From Chiloscyllium plagiosum (Eukaryota): a stretch of 64,000 bases of DNA. Below, piece by piece: positions 25,689 to 38,981 of the stretch. Positions within the stretch are counted from its first letter, which is position 1; every line of letters begins with the position of its first letter. The translations under genes and the position numbers were made by a program. The notes below the pieces were generated by a model, which saw only the letters and a program-made list of their open reading frames with translations, had not been told where the DNA came from and did no database searches. The stretch spans positions 63,516,625 through 63,580,624 of the forward strand of contig NC_057718.1 in assembly GCF_004010195.1 (NCBI RefSeq). Direction: 5' to 3'.

Positions 25689-27997
25689 TTTCTACTAATA
25701 TGCTCAGTTTTGCCATATTCCTTTCAAATTAAACTTAGTTCTTAGGATCAGCACGAAATATCCTGGTTGTTTCTTGGAATAAATTTCCATACTACCCTAA
25801 TGTTGCCAAAGAAAATATTGTACAAGTGCTGTACCTTTTTTAGCCATTGAGTGATGTTTTAGAAAACCAGTAATATGTTGCAAATTTTTGAATACTGTAA
25901 TAAGTTATCTGTCGAATGATTATAGTAGTCTGTTACAATGCGAAACATCTGCAGTACATGGGTGCTCAGAATGGGGAGAAGCCATGCACTACAGATGCCA
26001 CAAAGAAAAATCCTTCTGAAGCAGCACTGACACATGTTGCACCAGTCATGATCACCAGCAGAGAGAAGTTAGAGATACTTGCACAAGGTGTTATTGAGTG
26101 GCAGTAGGTGCTAAAGTTGAAGAGACATCTCACTAGAAAGTGAAGTCTTCCATCAGCTTTACTGATGAAAGATAATGAAAGGTTCAAATAGAAAATTCTT
26201 TGCCTCATATGAGCAAATATGCCAAATACTAGAAGGCTTGCCAAACAATTTCAAAATCGTGACTAAAATATTGATGAATCTCTTCCATGATAGGAGTTTT
26301 CTCTGCAGTCTACTCAGGAGAATGACACCTCTCATATACTACAGCTAGATCCTCTCAATAGCAGTCAATGTTCACAGCTTTCATAGCTTGACTGGTAAAT
26401 GGATATGGAGCAATCATGGCATTTGTGGCTGTGCTTCAAAGTAGCAATGCATGCTCAATTTCTGTAGTGTCATAGCTCTAATTGTTTTGCAATTGTTGAT
26501 GCTTGGTGGTGTTGCAGAGGGGTGACATCAGCCATGTTTTAAGGGCCATCTTTGTTCCTTGGCAAGAAAATGGCACAAGACACTCAAGATATAAAGTTCC
26601 TCTTGATGGAAATGGAATAGCTGGAGAATATGTGCTCCCCGGATCATTTTCAGCTTAAGGCAAAATAAATGTCTTTGAAGAAATGTTAAATCTCTTCATA
26701 TATTTTGACTGAAAATTTTAAACTATGGCAGGATAGGTAAGTGCAGCACATTGTACAACACAACACTTCAACATCAAAATCATAAACTGCAAAGCTGCAT
26801 TGTAGATTTTGGCTGAGCACACAAAACTGAACATTCCCAAGCCCACTAATGAGCGTGACCTCCAGGCCATCTGCTATTGGGAAGAAGTTTTTGTTTGTTT
26901 GTGGGTGGAATGAAAGAGCTGATATGATACAAAACGAGAATGAGAAATGATTAACATTGTGACATTTCTTCAGATAAGTTTCTAATTTAGGACTCTGAAA
27001 TCTTTCCTTAGGGATAAAGTCCTCGATTCATTTCCTATCTTACGACAATGGCTATGAAAACAAAAGAGCTTCTTCAGATGTGGAGTGTTTTGAGATAAAA
27101 TGGGATTGTGGAACATATACAAATAAACATCATTCAGTCTTAGAGAAAAAAATTACCCGTTGTCCAGAAAGGGAATAGGCACAACAGAGCTTTAGTTATC
27201 TGTGCTTTGTTTTTTTACAAGCTCCAGTAGCTCACTGCTATCACTGAATTTCAGCCAAAGCGGGCATGTTTAGAGACCTGTCCTTCTTCCAAGCCCAACC
27301 TCAGAAACACCAAGATGGTATTAAGTTGATTGAATATGAGCATTTTACAAGTTCATGAAGCAAAGTGTGTTGCAGGCTCTATTCCTGAAGTATTAACTAC
27401 TTAACTGTGAATGTATAACTTATTAAAATTGTTGTAAAATGTTCACTTCAAAGAGCAATATATCCTATCAAGAGAAATAGTAATGCACCATTATAAACCT
27501 GAATGGTACTTTAGGCATCATCAAACAATGATTGAAAACCTTGGCTGGGTGATGTCTTCTAAAATCAGCTCCCAATTATCTGCTATCTTCTAAGGCTCAC
27601 CTACCGCCAGTAACTGACACCACTGCTGCTCCATTTCTTCTAAAAGTTCCAGCTACCAAAGAAGTAAAACAAAAATAGCACCTATGCTCCTCATTAAGTG
27701 AGGAGGAAAACACAAGATTGAAGGGAACTCCAACTTCTTATGAATTTACAATGAACACCACAGCAAATGGATCCTACAAAAAGTAAAATCATTCAAATAT
27801 TAGAAATTTGAAATGAAATAAAGCTGGAAATACTCAGCAGGTTTGGAGCATCTGTAGAGACAGAAAGAGAATTCATGTTTTAGGTCAATGATCTTTTATT
27901 AGAATTTAAACAGGACAAACGGGGAGGGAGACAAAAACAAACAGGAAGGTCTATGATAGGGTGCAAGACTGCTGACATTAAATTACACAAGAGTTTT

Positions 27998-28218
27998 TAG
28001 ATTAGATTAGATTACTTACAGTGTGGAAACAGGCCCTTCGGCCCAACAAGTCCACACCGCCCCGCCGAAGCGCAACCCACCCATACCCCTACCTTTACCC
28101 CTTACCTAACACTACGGGCAATTTAGCATGGCCAATTCACCTGACCTGCACATCTTTGGACACCCGGAGGAAACCCACGCAGACACGGGGAGAATGTGCA
28201 AACTCCACACAGTCAGTT
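27998..28218 (-). mobile_element. HE1-type V-SINE, 5'-truncated with internal deletion
   Basis: Matches the 3' two-thirds of the 36508 copy; (TCTAA)n tail. Confidence 0.85.
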
Positions 28219-30025
28219 TGTGGGAACTGGGAATGGTAACAGGACAATGAAGGTAAAATGCATAGAAGACAATGGCAGAATAATGAATAATTGCATTCCA
28301 AAGACAGAGCAAAAAGGAAAAACAAGATTACAAACTAAACATGCAAAGAAATGGAATGTGCACTCCCAGCAATTTATTTGCATAGGCACAATTTCACATA
28401 CACGAACAAATGACTTCCATGAAATTAAGTGAATCCTGCATCTATAACTGCACATGTCAAGTCAGAATCACAGTCTCATATTATGTTCTTTCCCTCAGGA
28501 CTTGAACTCCTTTTAACAGTGTAATGATGGTAGTGGCAACTGAATGTCCTCAGAATCAATAGAAAATGAACTTACATACCAAAGGGAGTGGGAATTCTGT
28601 CACTAATGACATGGTTTGAAGTTGGAACCTGAGTCAACAAGTCAAATGAATCAGTGTGAAGCAAAAACAGAAATTGCTGCAGAAACTCAGTGTGAAAGAC
28701 TATTCAGACAAAAGGCACCAAAAGAATGTGTATGCGTGTGTTTCCCCATCAAGCAGCCTCTGTCGATGTGTGAATGTGTGTCCGCAGCAAGTAGCCTGTG
28801 CGTCCATGTCAATGTACATGTATGCCTGTTTGGCTCACTCCAGTCTCAGGGTCTGTGCATACATATGGACTCTATCTCATGTTACAATACTGAGGAGGAG
28901 GAAGTCAGTTTTAGAAGCGCTTCTGGCTTTATACTAGTTTGAAATATTGTGCAGATATCCAGTTTAAATGAAAAAGTGAATTAGAAATAAATCAGATAAT
29001 TGAATTAGAAATATAGTTACACACAGCATTTCACATATTCACACATTTGTGGCAAAAATATTTGGCTTTAATCGCCAGAGCAAGAGAAGAAGAAATAAAT
29101 AGTAATATTCCACTCTCTGTGTATACCTGGTCACACACAAATAAAATTACAGCTATGCAAATAAGAAATCTAACAATTTACAGGACCTAGTCCTATCTTT
29201 ACTCTGTCATGTTCAAGTGAAGATATCCTAATTGCCCATGGAGGAAAAAGTGGTTCAAAAACAGCATGTGGAGTCCTTTAATGGGCAGATGCCTGTGCTG
29301 CAGGGAGAATGTAGTGCTGTAGTGGGTACGACCTGGTTGGTAGATGCGATTCATGATGTGAACCAGGCCTGTGTCCAATTCTGCTGCTATTGATGACCCA
29401 GACTGCCTCATGGATGCCCAGTCTTGATTTGCTAGGTGGAGGTGATTCTGAATGTGAAGCTGGGACTTTGTCTCCACAAGGACTGTGCAGTGGTCACTCG
29501 AACTTTGGACAGATTCATCTGCAACCAGCTTACTGATAAAGATATGGTCAAGTATATTTTTCCCGATTGTTGGTTCCCTCACCAGCCACTGCAAGACTCA
29601 GTTTTATGTCCTCTAGTAACTATGCCCTTTAGGACCTGACCAGCTTGATCATTAGTGTTGCTGTCAAGCCACTCTTGATGGTGGAGACTGAAATCCACCA
29701 CTCAGAGTATATTTTGTGTCCTTGCTGATCTCAGTGCTTCCTTCAAGTGTTGTTCAACATGGACGAGTACTAATTCATCAGCCTAGGTAGGACAGTACAT
29801 GATCATCAGCAGAAGGTTTCCTTGTCCATGTTTATCCTGAAACCATGAGACTGCATGTTAAAGGACTCTCAGGGCAACTTCCTCCCAACTGTATACCACC
29901 GTATCTCCATCTCTGCTGAGGCTGTCCTGCCAATGGGGCAGGACATATCCAAGGATGGTGATGGTGGTGTCTGGGACATTGTCTGTAAGGTATGATTCCG
30001 TGAGGATGACTATGTCAGATTGTAG

Positions 30026-30258
30026 TCAAGATTAAAGTGGTGCTGGAAAAGCACAGAAGGACAGGTAGGAACCCAGGAGCAGGGAAATCGATGTTTCAGG
30101 CAAAAGCCCTTCATCAGGAACAGGTCCATTCCTCATGAAGGGCTTTTGCCTGAAACATTGATTTTCCTGCTCCTCGGATGCTGCCTGACCTGCTGTGCTT
30201 TTCCAGCACCACTTTAATCTTGACTCTGATCTTCAGCATCTGCAGTACTCACTTTCGC
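30026..30258. mobile_element. Palindromic non-autonomous Penelope pseudo-LTR element with 16-bp target-site duplication
   Basis: Inverted arms about 30025-30120 and 30129-30224; flanked by direct repeat CTATGTCAGATTGTAG (30010-30025 and 30259-30274). Confidence 0.85.
30087..30119 (-). ncRNA. Minimal hammerhead ribozyme, CpG-decayed but core retained
   Basis: UC-CUGAUGA-A-GGGC(UUUU)GCCU-GAAA-C-AUC|GAU. Confidence 0.6.
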
Positions 30259-32204
30259 CTATGTCAGATTGTAGCTTGATTGGTCTGAGAGACGGCTCTC
30301 CCATAGCATGGCATTGTGTGGCAAAACTTTTATTTGCCACTTTTCAGCCAAAGCCCAATTATCGTCTAGGTCTTGATGTATTTGGAATTGGATTGCTTTA
30401 GTATCTGGCAAGTTGTCATAGAGGAAAAGGACTTTGCTGTCACCCCATTTTCAATCTTTTGGTTTTGTTTGAGCCAGACCTTCTCCTGACCTCTCCCTGC
30501 CCTCCCTCGTCTGTACTCTTTATTAGTTTAATGTACTTTCGGCAATCCTTGGTCCTATTGTGTTTCAGGTTAAAACAAGTCAAGTGACAGAATTTCTACC
30601 TGCGATGGTGGTCTTGTGGTGCAATGATAGTGTCCCTGTACTAGGAGGCCCACCTGCTCCAGAGATGTATAAGAACTTCTTTGAACAAATTGATTAGAAA
30701 ATATCTCCTATCTGTGCCAATACTAGTGTCAATATTTTATGAAATCCTTCATTCCCACACCAATGTTTTGTCTCTATAACTACCATGTTTGCTTCTTCCT
30801 CTTTGGATAGCCTCTACCTTTACACTGCCTAGCGCAACATTGCAGTTGACCTCCACAGTCTCTCTCCTTATCCTCAAAAAATAGCAAGTACACTATACCT
30901 GTTGAAGGCAGCTGATATTTGCAAGACATCCATCTCCCCTCAGTTCTCCCTATCCTGTTGACTAAGTAAAAACCTCACCTTCCTATACCTATGGATTTTT
31001 CTGGGGTGTGATTGTGATATGGAATAAAACATCCGAAAAATCCTCCCCATCCCTCTATGTTCGTGCATTCTCCAACACTAATATCAACTATTCACACTTG
31101 TAATAATTTGCTCCTCTCTCCCATCTTCTGCTGCTGAAACTATCATTCTTCTTTTCACCCAAAACTCCATTTGTCATCTTGCCAGCTTTCCACCACACTT
31201 CTTCACCCCTTACCTGCCATTCTCAACCAGAAACAGATCACATTTAAAACCTTTACATTTGTATTTGTAATCTTTCTAGGCTTTGTTCCCTCCCCTTCTC
31301 TGACCTACTCCAGCTGTCTAACTTTCTGAGAACATTTCACTCCTCCAATTCTAGCCTCATGTATTACCTATTTCTTTTATCCTACCATTAGCAGTTACAG
31401 CTCAATTCTGTAGATTATAATTTCCTCCCTAAGTATGGTCTTCACCACATGGGTCTCTTTTTCAGTGAGATGCTCATTAAAATCTACCCCTTTATTCAAA
31501 AAGGCTTGGTGTCAAACGATTTCTGATATTGCTTCCATGAAATAATTTGGGGCAATTTACTATGTGAAGTTTTATATAATTGCAAATAGATAGAAATACA
31601 AAACAATTACTTTTAACATTATATTCACCAGCCACATTATAAACTATAAAATGACAAATGCCACACATTTCAACTATATGAGCAGCCCCAGATGAATGAG
31701 TAGATAAAAGAAGATTCTTAACTTCAGTAGGACCAATTTAAAAACAACTGCCTAAAATTAGGCAAGATCAAATTTGGAGGAGATGGAATAAATCCAATAG
31801 TAATGACAGGCCAAAAAGGACAGGTGTTAATCTGGGAAATGATAAACAGACCATGACAGGAAGGGACAGAGATTAATTTAATCTAAATTAACAGCTAAGG
31901 TTAGAGCTTTCAAAAATAAAAACAGGACAGAGCTAAAGGGTCTGTATTTGAATGTAATTAGCATTCAAACAAAAGATATATGATAGTGCAAATAGAAATA
32001 ATTGAGTATGATCTGATAGACATTATAAAGGTACGGCTGCAAGGTGACATATTGAAGCTTGAAAGATATTTTAAAAAGGACAGGAAGTTAGGAAAAGAAG
32101 GTGAATGGGAGGCTCTGTTAATAACAGGTAATATTAACCCAAGAGACAGGTGACCAGAGTTCACAAAACCAGTATGTAGAAGTGGTTTGGGTGGAGATTT
32201 CTTA

Positions 32205-32800
32205 CTGATATTATTGCTAGGACTATTAATCCAGAGACCCAGGCAATCTTCTAAGGATCCAGGTGCAAACACCACCATGGTGGAATCTGAATTTGATAAA
32301 AATCTGGAATTAAGAGTCTACTGACGGCCATGAAACCATGTTGATTGTCAGAAAAACTACTTGGTTCAGTAATATTCTTTAGGGAAGGAAACCGGTCCTC
32401 ACCTGATCTGCCCTACATGTGGTGGCTGGAAGTTTGCAACAATATGGACTGTCACAGGATAGAAGCATCATTACCTGAGGAAGATACTAACGTAGCCGTA
32501 ATGTCACTGGCCTAGTAATCCAGAATCCACGTTCATAGCAAATGGTAAAATTTGAATTGAATAAAATTTGAAATTGAAAGCTAGGCTAATGGTGACCATG
32601 TAAGCATTGTCATTATCGTAAAAACACACCGAGCTCACTTATATCCTTTAGGGAAGGAAACTGGTCCTCACCTGGTCTGGCCTACATGTGGCTCCAGACC
32701 CTTAGCAATGTTGTTGTCACTTGACTGTTTTCTGACCAATTAGGGATGGGAAAAAGTGCTGGCCTGGCCAGAGACATCCGCATCTTGTGAATGAATTAAA
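32205..32800 (+). mobile_element. Two tandem copies of the tRNA-headed short element
   Basis: Both contain CTTTAGGGAAGGAAAC.GGTCCTCACCTG.TCTG.CCTACATGTG; the second ends in the LINE-type tail GTGAATGAATTAAA. Confidence 0.7.
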
Positions 32801-32809
32801 GATCACTTG

Positions 32810-34470
32810 TGAGAATGGTGTATCGAACCTAACTGCAACCACACTGTAGGACAGGATATACCATAAGAAATAATTTGCAGTGTCAGAAATATGGATTTTA
32901 ACCTACATATAGTTTGGAAAAACAGGTATTCAAGCTGAGGAATTTATAAAGATTAATCAAGACACAATATGAAAGAAAGCTAGCTAGAAATATGTTTGAA
33001 AAGGTATGAGTTTCTACGAATTTTAAAAATAAAAGATCCTATAAGTAGGGTTTGGAGAATTAATAATGAAAACTAAGGAGACGCCAGTTGAATTTAACAA
33101 GTATTTTGCAGCAGTCTTCACGACAGGGATATAAGAAATATCCCAGAAATAGTTGTAAATCAGGAAATGGAAAGCAGATAGGGAGAAAAAAATGCAATCT
33201 CCTGGACGCAATAAGTTGCAGCTACAGACTAATAGGTGCCCAGGACCTGATGTATTTTATATTAGGGTCTTAACAACGTCCAGTGTGATCATTGATATGT
33301 CTGCTTTAATTTTCCAAAAAGCTCCAAATTTGAGGAAGTTCCATTATATGGGAAATTAATGAATGTAATTTTCTTTATTCAAAATGAGAGAGGGAGACAG
33401 AAAGCATGTCCGTTCAATTAATATCTGTCACAGGGAAGATGTTAGAAGCTGTTATTCAAAAAAAGGACACTTAGAAAAGCTCAAGGTAAGCAGGCAGATT
33501 GAACAACGTTTTGTGAAAGCAAAATCACATTTAACCAATTTATTGGAGCTCTTTGAGGAGGATAAATTAAATGAATTGGTCAAGGCGCCACATCAAAAGT
33601 GGAGAAAGTTGCAGAAAACAGATGCTCAGAAAGCTCAGAAGGGCTAATATATTCCGAGGGATTGAAGGCTGGCCAGCTAACAGGAAACAGAGTAGCTAGC
33701 AAAATGTAATGATTGGTGTGCTATCGGGACAAGTGCTGATGTCTGAACATTTTCAAATTTATATAAATGACATGAATGAAGGGACCAAGGACATGGTTGT
33801 CAACTGCTGGTGACACAAAGACAGGTATGAAAGCTAAGTTGTGAATAGGACATAAGGAGGCAATGAAGGAATGCAGGCAAAGATGTAGGAAATTGAGTAA
33901 AATGTTGGAAAATGTGAATCCATCTGTGTTGATAGAAAGAGTTAAAAAGAAGCATATTAGCTGAGTGGTGATAGATTGCAGAGGTCTGAGTAGCAGAGAT
34001 ATCTGGCTGCTCTAGGGATGATCGCAAAATAGCTAGAATGCAGGCATAATTAAGAAGCTAATAGAATGTGATAGCTTATTGAGGGGGCAATTGAAAACAA
34101 AAGCTGGGAGGTTTTGCTTCAGTTATATAGGGTATTAATGAGACCACATCTGGAGCAGTGTGTATCATATTGACTTTCTTCTTTCAGGAATTTGATGTAA
34201 GTGCATTAGAAGCAATTCAAAGGGTAACCAGAATAATTCTAGGAATTGGTGGAAAGAATTATTTCCACTTTAGAGACCATCTAGAACTTAGGGTCACTGT
34301 TTAAAAATCAGGGGTTGCCCATTTAATACAAAGATAAGCCGAATTCTTTTCTTACAGAAAGTTGAGTGTCCTTGGAATTCTCTTCTTCAAAATGTGGTAG
34401 AAGCAGAGTCTTTAAATATTTTTAAGGCAGAGGTAAATAGATTCTTGACAAGCAAGGTGGTTAAAATTAT
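32810..34470 (+). mobile_element. Old CR1 LINE remnant
   Basis: RFVKAKSHLTNLLELFEE and downstream RT/3' region, heavily mutated. Confidence 0.7.
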
Positions 34471-34477
34471 TGGAAGT

Positions 34478-35093
34478 AGGCAGGAACATGTTACATTTTG
34501 GGAAAGCAAATCTTAGCAGGACTTTTAAACTTAATGGTAAGGTCCTGGGGAGTGTTGCTGAACAAAGAGACCTTGGAGTGCAGGTTCATTGCTCCTTGAA
34601 TGTGGAGTCGCAGGTAGATAGGATAGTGAAGAAGGCGTTTGGTATGCTTTCCTTTATTTGTCAGAGTATTGAGTACAGGAGTTGGGAGGTCATGTTGCGG
34701 CTGTACAGGACATTGGTTAGGCCACTTTTGTAACATTGCGTGCAAATCTGGTCTCCTTCCTATTGGAAGCATATTGTGAAACTTGAAAGGGTTCAGAAAA
34801 GATTTACAAGGATGTTGCCAGGGTTGGAAGATTTAAGCTACAGGGAGAGGCTGAATAGACTGGCGCTGTTTTCTCTGGAGCGTCGGAGGCTGAGGGATGA
34901 CCTTACAGAAGTTTATAAAATCATGAGGGGCATGGATAGGATAAATAGACAAAATCTTTTCCCTGGAGTAGGGGCGTCCAGAACTAGAGGGCATAGGTTT
35001 AAGGTGAGAGGGGAAAGATATAAAAGAGAGCTAAGGGGCAACTTTTTCACTCAGAGAGTGGTATGTGTATGGAATGAGCTGCCAGAAGAAGTG
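34478..35093 (+). mobile_element. CR1 LINE 3' ORF2 fragment (younger)
   Basis: LHFGKAN...EQRDLGVQVH...LYRTLVRPLL; QIWSPSY..LERVQKRFTRMLPGLEDLSYRERL...RGNFFTQRVV. Confidence 0.92.
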
Positions 35094-35351
35094 GGGTGGG
35101 GTGGTCTACTCTGCTCCTAATTCTAAATGTTTGAAATCAGACCCATGTAGTTGCTGTTCAAGACCTCCAACAAATCAGAAACAAAATTCACTCTACACCT
35201 TATAAATCTGGTGACCATTCCTTCTTGGCTGATTTAATGATTCTATAACCTGAGCTTCCCAGAGTGCTCTGTGTGACAAAAATAATTGAAAAGATAGAAA
35301 TAAAGTTCAAAATCGGTTTGTACAAAGACACACCCACAGAAAAATATATTT

Positions 35352-35772
35352 GTGAAGGCGGCGTTTGGTATGCTTTATTGGTCAGAGTATGGAGTACAGG
35401 AGTTGAGAAGTCATGTTGCAGCTGTACAGGACAATGGTCAGGCCACTGTTGGAATATTGCATGCAACTCTGGTCTCCTTCCTATCAGAAAGATGTTGTGA
35501 AACTTGAAAGGGTTCAGAAAAGATCCACAAGGATGTTGCCAGGGTTGGAGGATTTGAGCTATAGGGAGAGGTTGAATAGGCTGGGGCTGTTTTCCCTGCA
35601 GCGTCGGAGGCTGAGGGATGACTTTACAGACGTTTATAAAATCATGAGGGGAATGGATAGGATAAATAGACAAAGTCTTTTCCCTGGGGTGAGGGAGTCC
35701 AGAAATAGAGGGTATAGGTTTAGGGTGTGAGGGGAAAGAATTAAAAGAGACCTAAGGGGCAACTTTTTCACT
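35352..35772 (+). mobile_element. CR1 LINE 3' ORF2 fragment (second copy)
   Basis: LYRTMVRPLLEYCMQLWSPSYQKDVVKLERVQKRSTRMLPGLEDLSYRERL. Confidence 0.92.
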
Positions 35773-35863
35773 CTACGACTCATAATTTGGTTGACTGTGC
35801 TGTCGAAATCCTCTGATACGGTCTCAAACATTGAAAATACCAAAGTGTTTTGCAAACGGATTA

Positions 35864-36025
<162 letters not shown>

Positions 36026-36081
36026 TCAGCAAATTTCAATTGTTCTACCAACTCTGAAATATTTTGAACAATACAAAATAT

Positions 36082-36442
36082 TCAAAGTTTGGGTGAAGAT
36101 TTGTAGCTTGGGTGCTCGTTGTTGTGGTTCTGTTCGCCGAGCTGGAAGTTTTTGTTGCAAACGTTTCGTCCCCTGTCTAGGTGACATCCTCAGTGCTTGG
36201 GAGCCTCCTGTGAAGCGCTTCTGTGGTGTTTCCTCCGGCATTTATAGTGGCCTGTCCCTGCCGCTTCCGGTTGTCAGTTTCAGCTGTCCGCCAGAAATGG
36301 CAGGGACAGGCCACTATAAATGTTGGAGGAAACACCACAGAAGCGCTTCACAGGAGGCTCCCAAGCACTGAGGATGTCACCAAGACAGGGGACAAAACGT
36401 TTGCAACAAAAATTTCCAGCTCGGCGAACAGAACCACAACAA
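36082..36442. mobile_element. Palindromic Penelope pseudo-LTR pair
   Basis: About 144-bp inverted arms (36119-36262 and 36299-36442) with few mismatches; each arm carries a hammerhead copy. Confidence 0.85.
36157..36196 (-). ncRNA. Minimal hammerhead ribozyme (GUU triplet)
   Basis: GCA-CUGAGGA-U-GUCACCU(AGAC)AGGGGAC-GAAA-C-GUU|UGC. Confidence 0.72.
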
Positions 36443-36507
36443 TAGTGGGGAATGGATAGGATAAATAGACAAAGTCTTTTCCCTGGGGTGAGGGAGTGCC
36501 CCTTAGT

Positions 36508-36822
36508 GGGCGGCACGGTGGCACAGTGGTTAGCACTGCTGCCTCACAGCGCTTGAGACCCGGGTTCAATTCCCGCCTCAGGCGACTGACTGTGTGGAGT
36601 TTGCACGTTCTCCCCGTGTCTGCATGGGTTTCCTCCGGGTGCTCCGGTTTCCTCCCACAGTCCAAAAGATGTGCAGGGTCAGGTGAATTGGCCATGCTAA
36701 ATTGCCCGTAGTGTTAGGTAAGGGGTAAATGTACGGGTATGGGTGGGTTTCGCTTCGGCGGGTCGGTGTGGACTTGTTGGGCCGAAGGGCCTGTTTCCAC
36801 ACTGTAATGTAATGTAATGTAA
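36508..36822 (+). mobile_element. HE1-type V-SINE, full length, young
   Basis: A-box TGGCACAGTGG, B-box GGTTCAATTCC, V domain, (TGTAA)n tail; CpGs retained. Confidence 0.9.
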
Positions 36823-37353
36823 TACAAAATATCTTAGTTCAGTATACCAAACTATGTTACAAAGGTTAAGAATAATCACAATTTGCCTCAAATGTTTCAG
36901 CATATTTTGGAAGCTTTTGTATCAACTTCTACCTTTTCTTAAAATGATGCCTTGTTCAAGATCCTCTAGTGTTTAAAATAATGACTGTACAACTGTTCCG
37001 CACAGTATTGATATGTTTATGATACAAATGTTAGCATCTTGAATTATAATTCCTTTCAATGCCGCATCAATTGATGTTTGTCAGCAAAATATATAAATGC
37101 TCTTGAAAAGATTTAAAAGATACACATTTAGCATTTATGTGCTACTACCACACTGCATGATCCAAAGCAAAATTCCTAATTATTACAAAACTGCCACAAA
37201 GTTCACTTCAGTTTCAATAACAGATGTAACTTAGTACAAAGCAAAAATTTGAGCTAATCTTCACTATTATACTTACCTTTCTTCATCATCATGTCATATT
37301 TTAAATGGAAAATCAAGGTTATATTCAGTGCAGGTAAATCAACAACTTGGTAC

Positions 37354-37496
37354 CTAATCTCTTTGGTTTTCTTGAAAACCGGTCTTCCTTCCTTCTCTTC
37401 ACCGATGTCAAACAAGTCTGAGTACAACTCTTGGTTACTGTGATCCACCTGAAAGAACGCACAACGATCTGCGTTCACCAAGTTTTTTGCATTTAT
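37354..37496 (-). CDS. PDE10A: PDE10A-family coding exon (GAF-B), 143 bp
   Basis: ccag|ATA...AG|gtacc. [47 protein letters not shown](R). Confidence 0.97.
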
Positions 37497-38049
37497 CTGG
37501 AAAAATAATTTAAAAAGGTAATGAGCAACAAGCAAAATCACAAAGCCATTTCTTTTCCAGAGTCAGGATGATTCTTGAGCTAAGAATGGCAGACCAAACC
37601 TGGAGATGGAAGTCTCACATCCATTCCTGGCCAATACAGTTTTTGCTGGTAGGTGAGGGAATAGGACATGAATCACCCTCAAAAGCAGGAAAGGTAAATC
37701 TGTTGGGCTACATGAAAATAGTGTGGAGTTTAAGCAGATCACATTTTCACAATCCAAAGGCCTGAACCCACAGTGTGGGAGTCACTCATTTATGAAAAAG
37801 ATGTAAAATACTTTGGAAGGCAGATAAGGCCTGTTTAAGTGTCATGATCTGAAATTATTCTTTGCAATAGACTTCATAGCTGAAATTTTCCAAGAGGTTT
37901 TATCACAAATGAGCCAATTAACGACGCTTAGTTGCAGTTCATAAGTTTCAAGATCACTTATTTTGGTAGGTCGGAGTCGAATTCCACATTTTGATTAGCA
38001 GTTTTACATGGCAATTAAAATATTAGCTATCTTCAATGTGGTTACTGAA

Positions 38050-38585
38050 TACTCATTTGTTTTTGGAGCATCCAGTCTGATCTGCTACTTCATGAAGTCA
38101 TGGATGATCTGTTAATCCTCAACTCCATTTTTTTGTCTGATCTCTGTAACATTGATTCCTTTAGTGATTAAACATCCATCTATGTCAACCTTGAAGATAC
38201 TTAATGATCCAGTCACAACAGGCTTCTCCAGTAAAGATTTCACTGATCCTCTAAGAAGAAATGCTTCATCATCTTGGTCTTAAATGGGCAACCGCTTGTT
38301 CTGAGATGATGCCCTCTGTCTAGACTCTCCCACAAGGAGAAATACTGCTTCCACATCTATCCTGCAAAGCCCAAGAAATCTATACATTTCAATAATTTTG
38401 TTCATTCTTCCAAATTACAATTGTAAACACCCAATCGACTCAATTTCTCTTCATAAGAAATTCCTCTATGGCTAAGATCAACCTAGTGGATTGCATCCAA
38501 TATCAGTACAACTTTCCCTAGATAAAGGAACCAAAACTGCTCATTGAATTCTAAATGTGGTCTGACTAGTGCCTTGTGTAGACAC
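38050..38585 (-). mobile_element. Decayed CR1 3' fragment
   Basis: Reverse-complement similarity to the CR1 3' ORF/UTR. Confidence 0.6.
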
Positions 38586-38850
38586 CACAAATTCAAAAAA
38601 TATAACTTATTTTCACTTCCAAATAGATTTGGAGGTCTTCTCATCATGGATACTTGCTAAGTGACTTTAGAGTGGCATGGGAACTGAGATGCATGGGGGA
38701 AACATAAGGTGATATGGAGATGGCATGGAGTTATGAGATGGCTCTCGGTCAGACCTAGAAGATAGTCAGGGAGCAATTGGGTCAGGTCAGAAGTAGTCTG
38801 GTTGAGAATTTAGTTGAATTGGTTCAAGAGGTACTGGGTTAAGGACAACT

Positions 38851-38980
38851 AGGAGAAAGTGAGGACTGCAGATGCTGGAGACCAGAGTTGAAAAATGTGG
38901 TGCTGGAAAAACACAGCAGGCCAGGCAGCATCCAAGGAGCAGAAGAATCGACGTTTCGAGCATAAGCCCTTCTTCAGGAA
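38851..38980 (-). mobile_element. Solo Penelope pseudo-LTR with target-site duplication
   Basis: Same family as 30026-30258; flanked by TGGGTTAAGGACA (38835-38847 and 38981-38993). Confidence 0.8.
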
Positions 38981-38981
38981 T
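38945..38981 (-). ncRNA. Minimal hammerhead ribozyme (intact core)
   Basis: AUUC-CUGAAGA-A-GGGC(UUAU)GCUC-GAAA-C-GUC|GAUUC. Confidence 0.73.

Larger units (their letters stand above)
29370..30380 (-). mobile_element. Same LINE family, endonuclease fragment
   Basis: LVREPTIGKNILDHIF...SSDHCTVLVETK (APE C-terminal SDH motif). Confidence 0.75.

Noticed and set aside
36508..36580. tRNA genes at SINE heads
   Set aside because: The A/B boxes continue into SINE bodies and no complete cloverleaf is evident.
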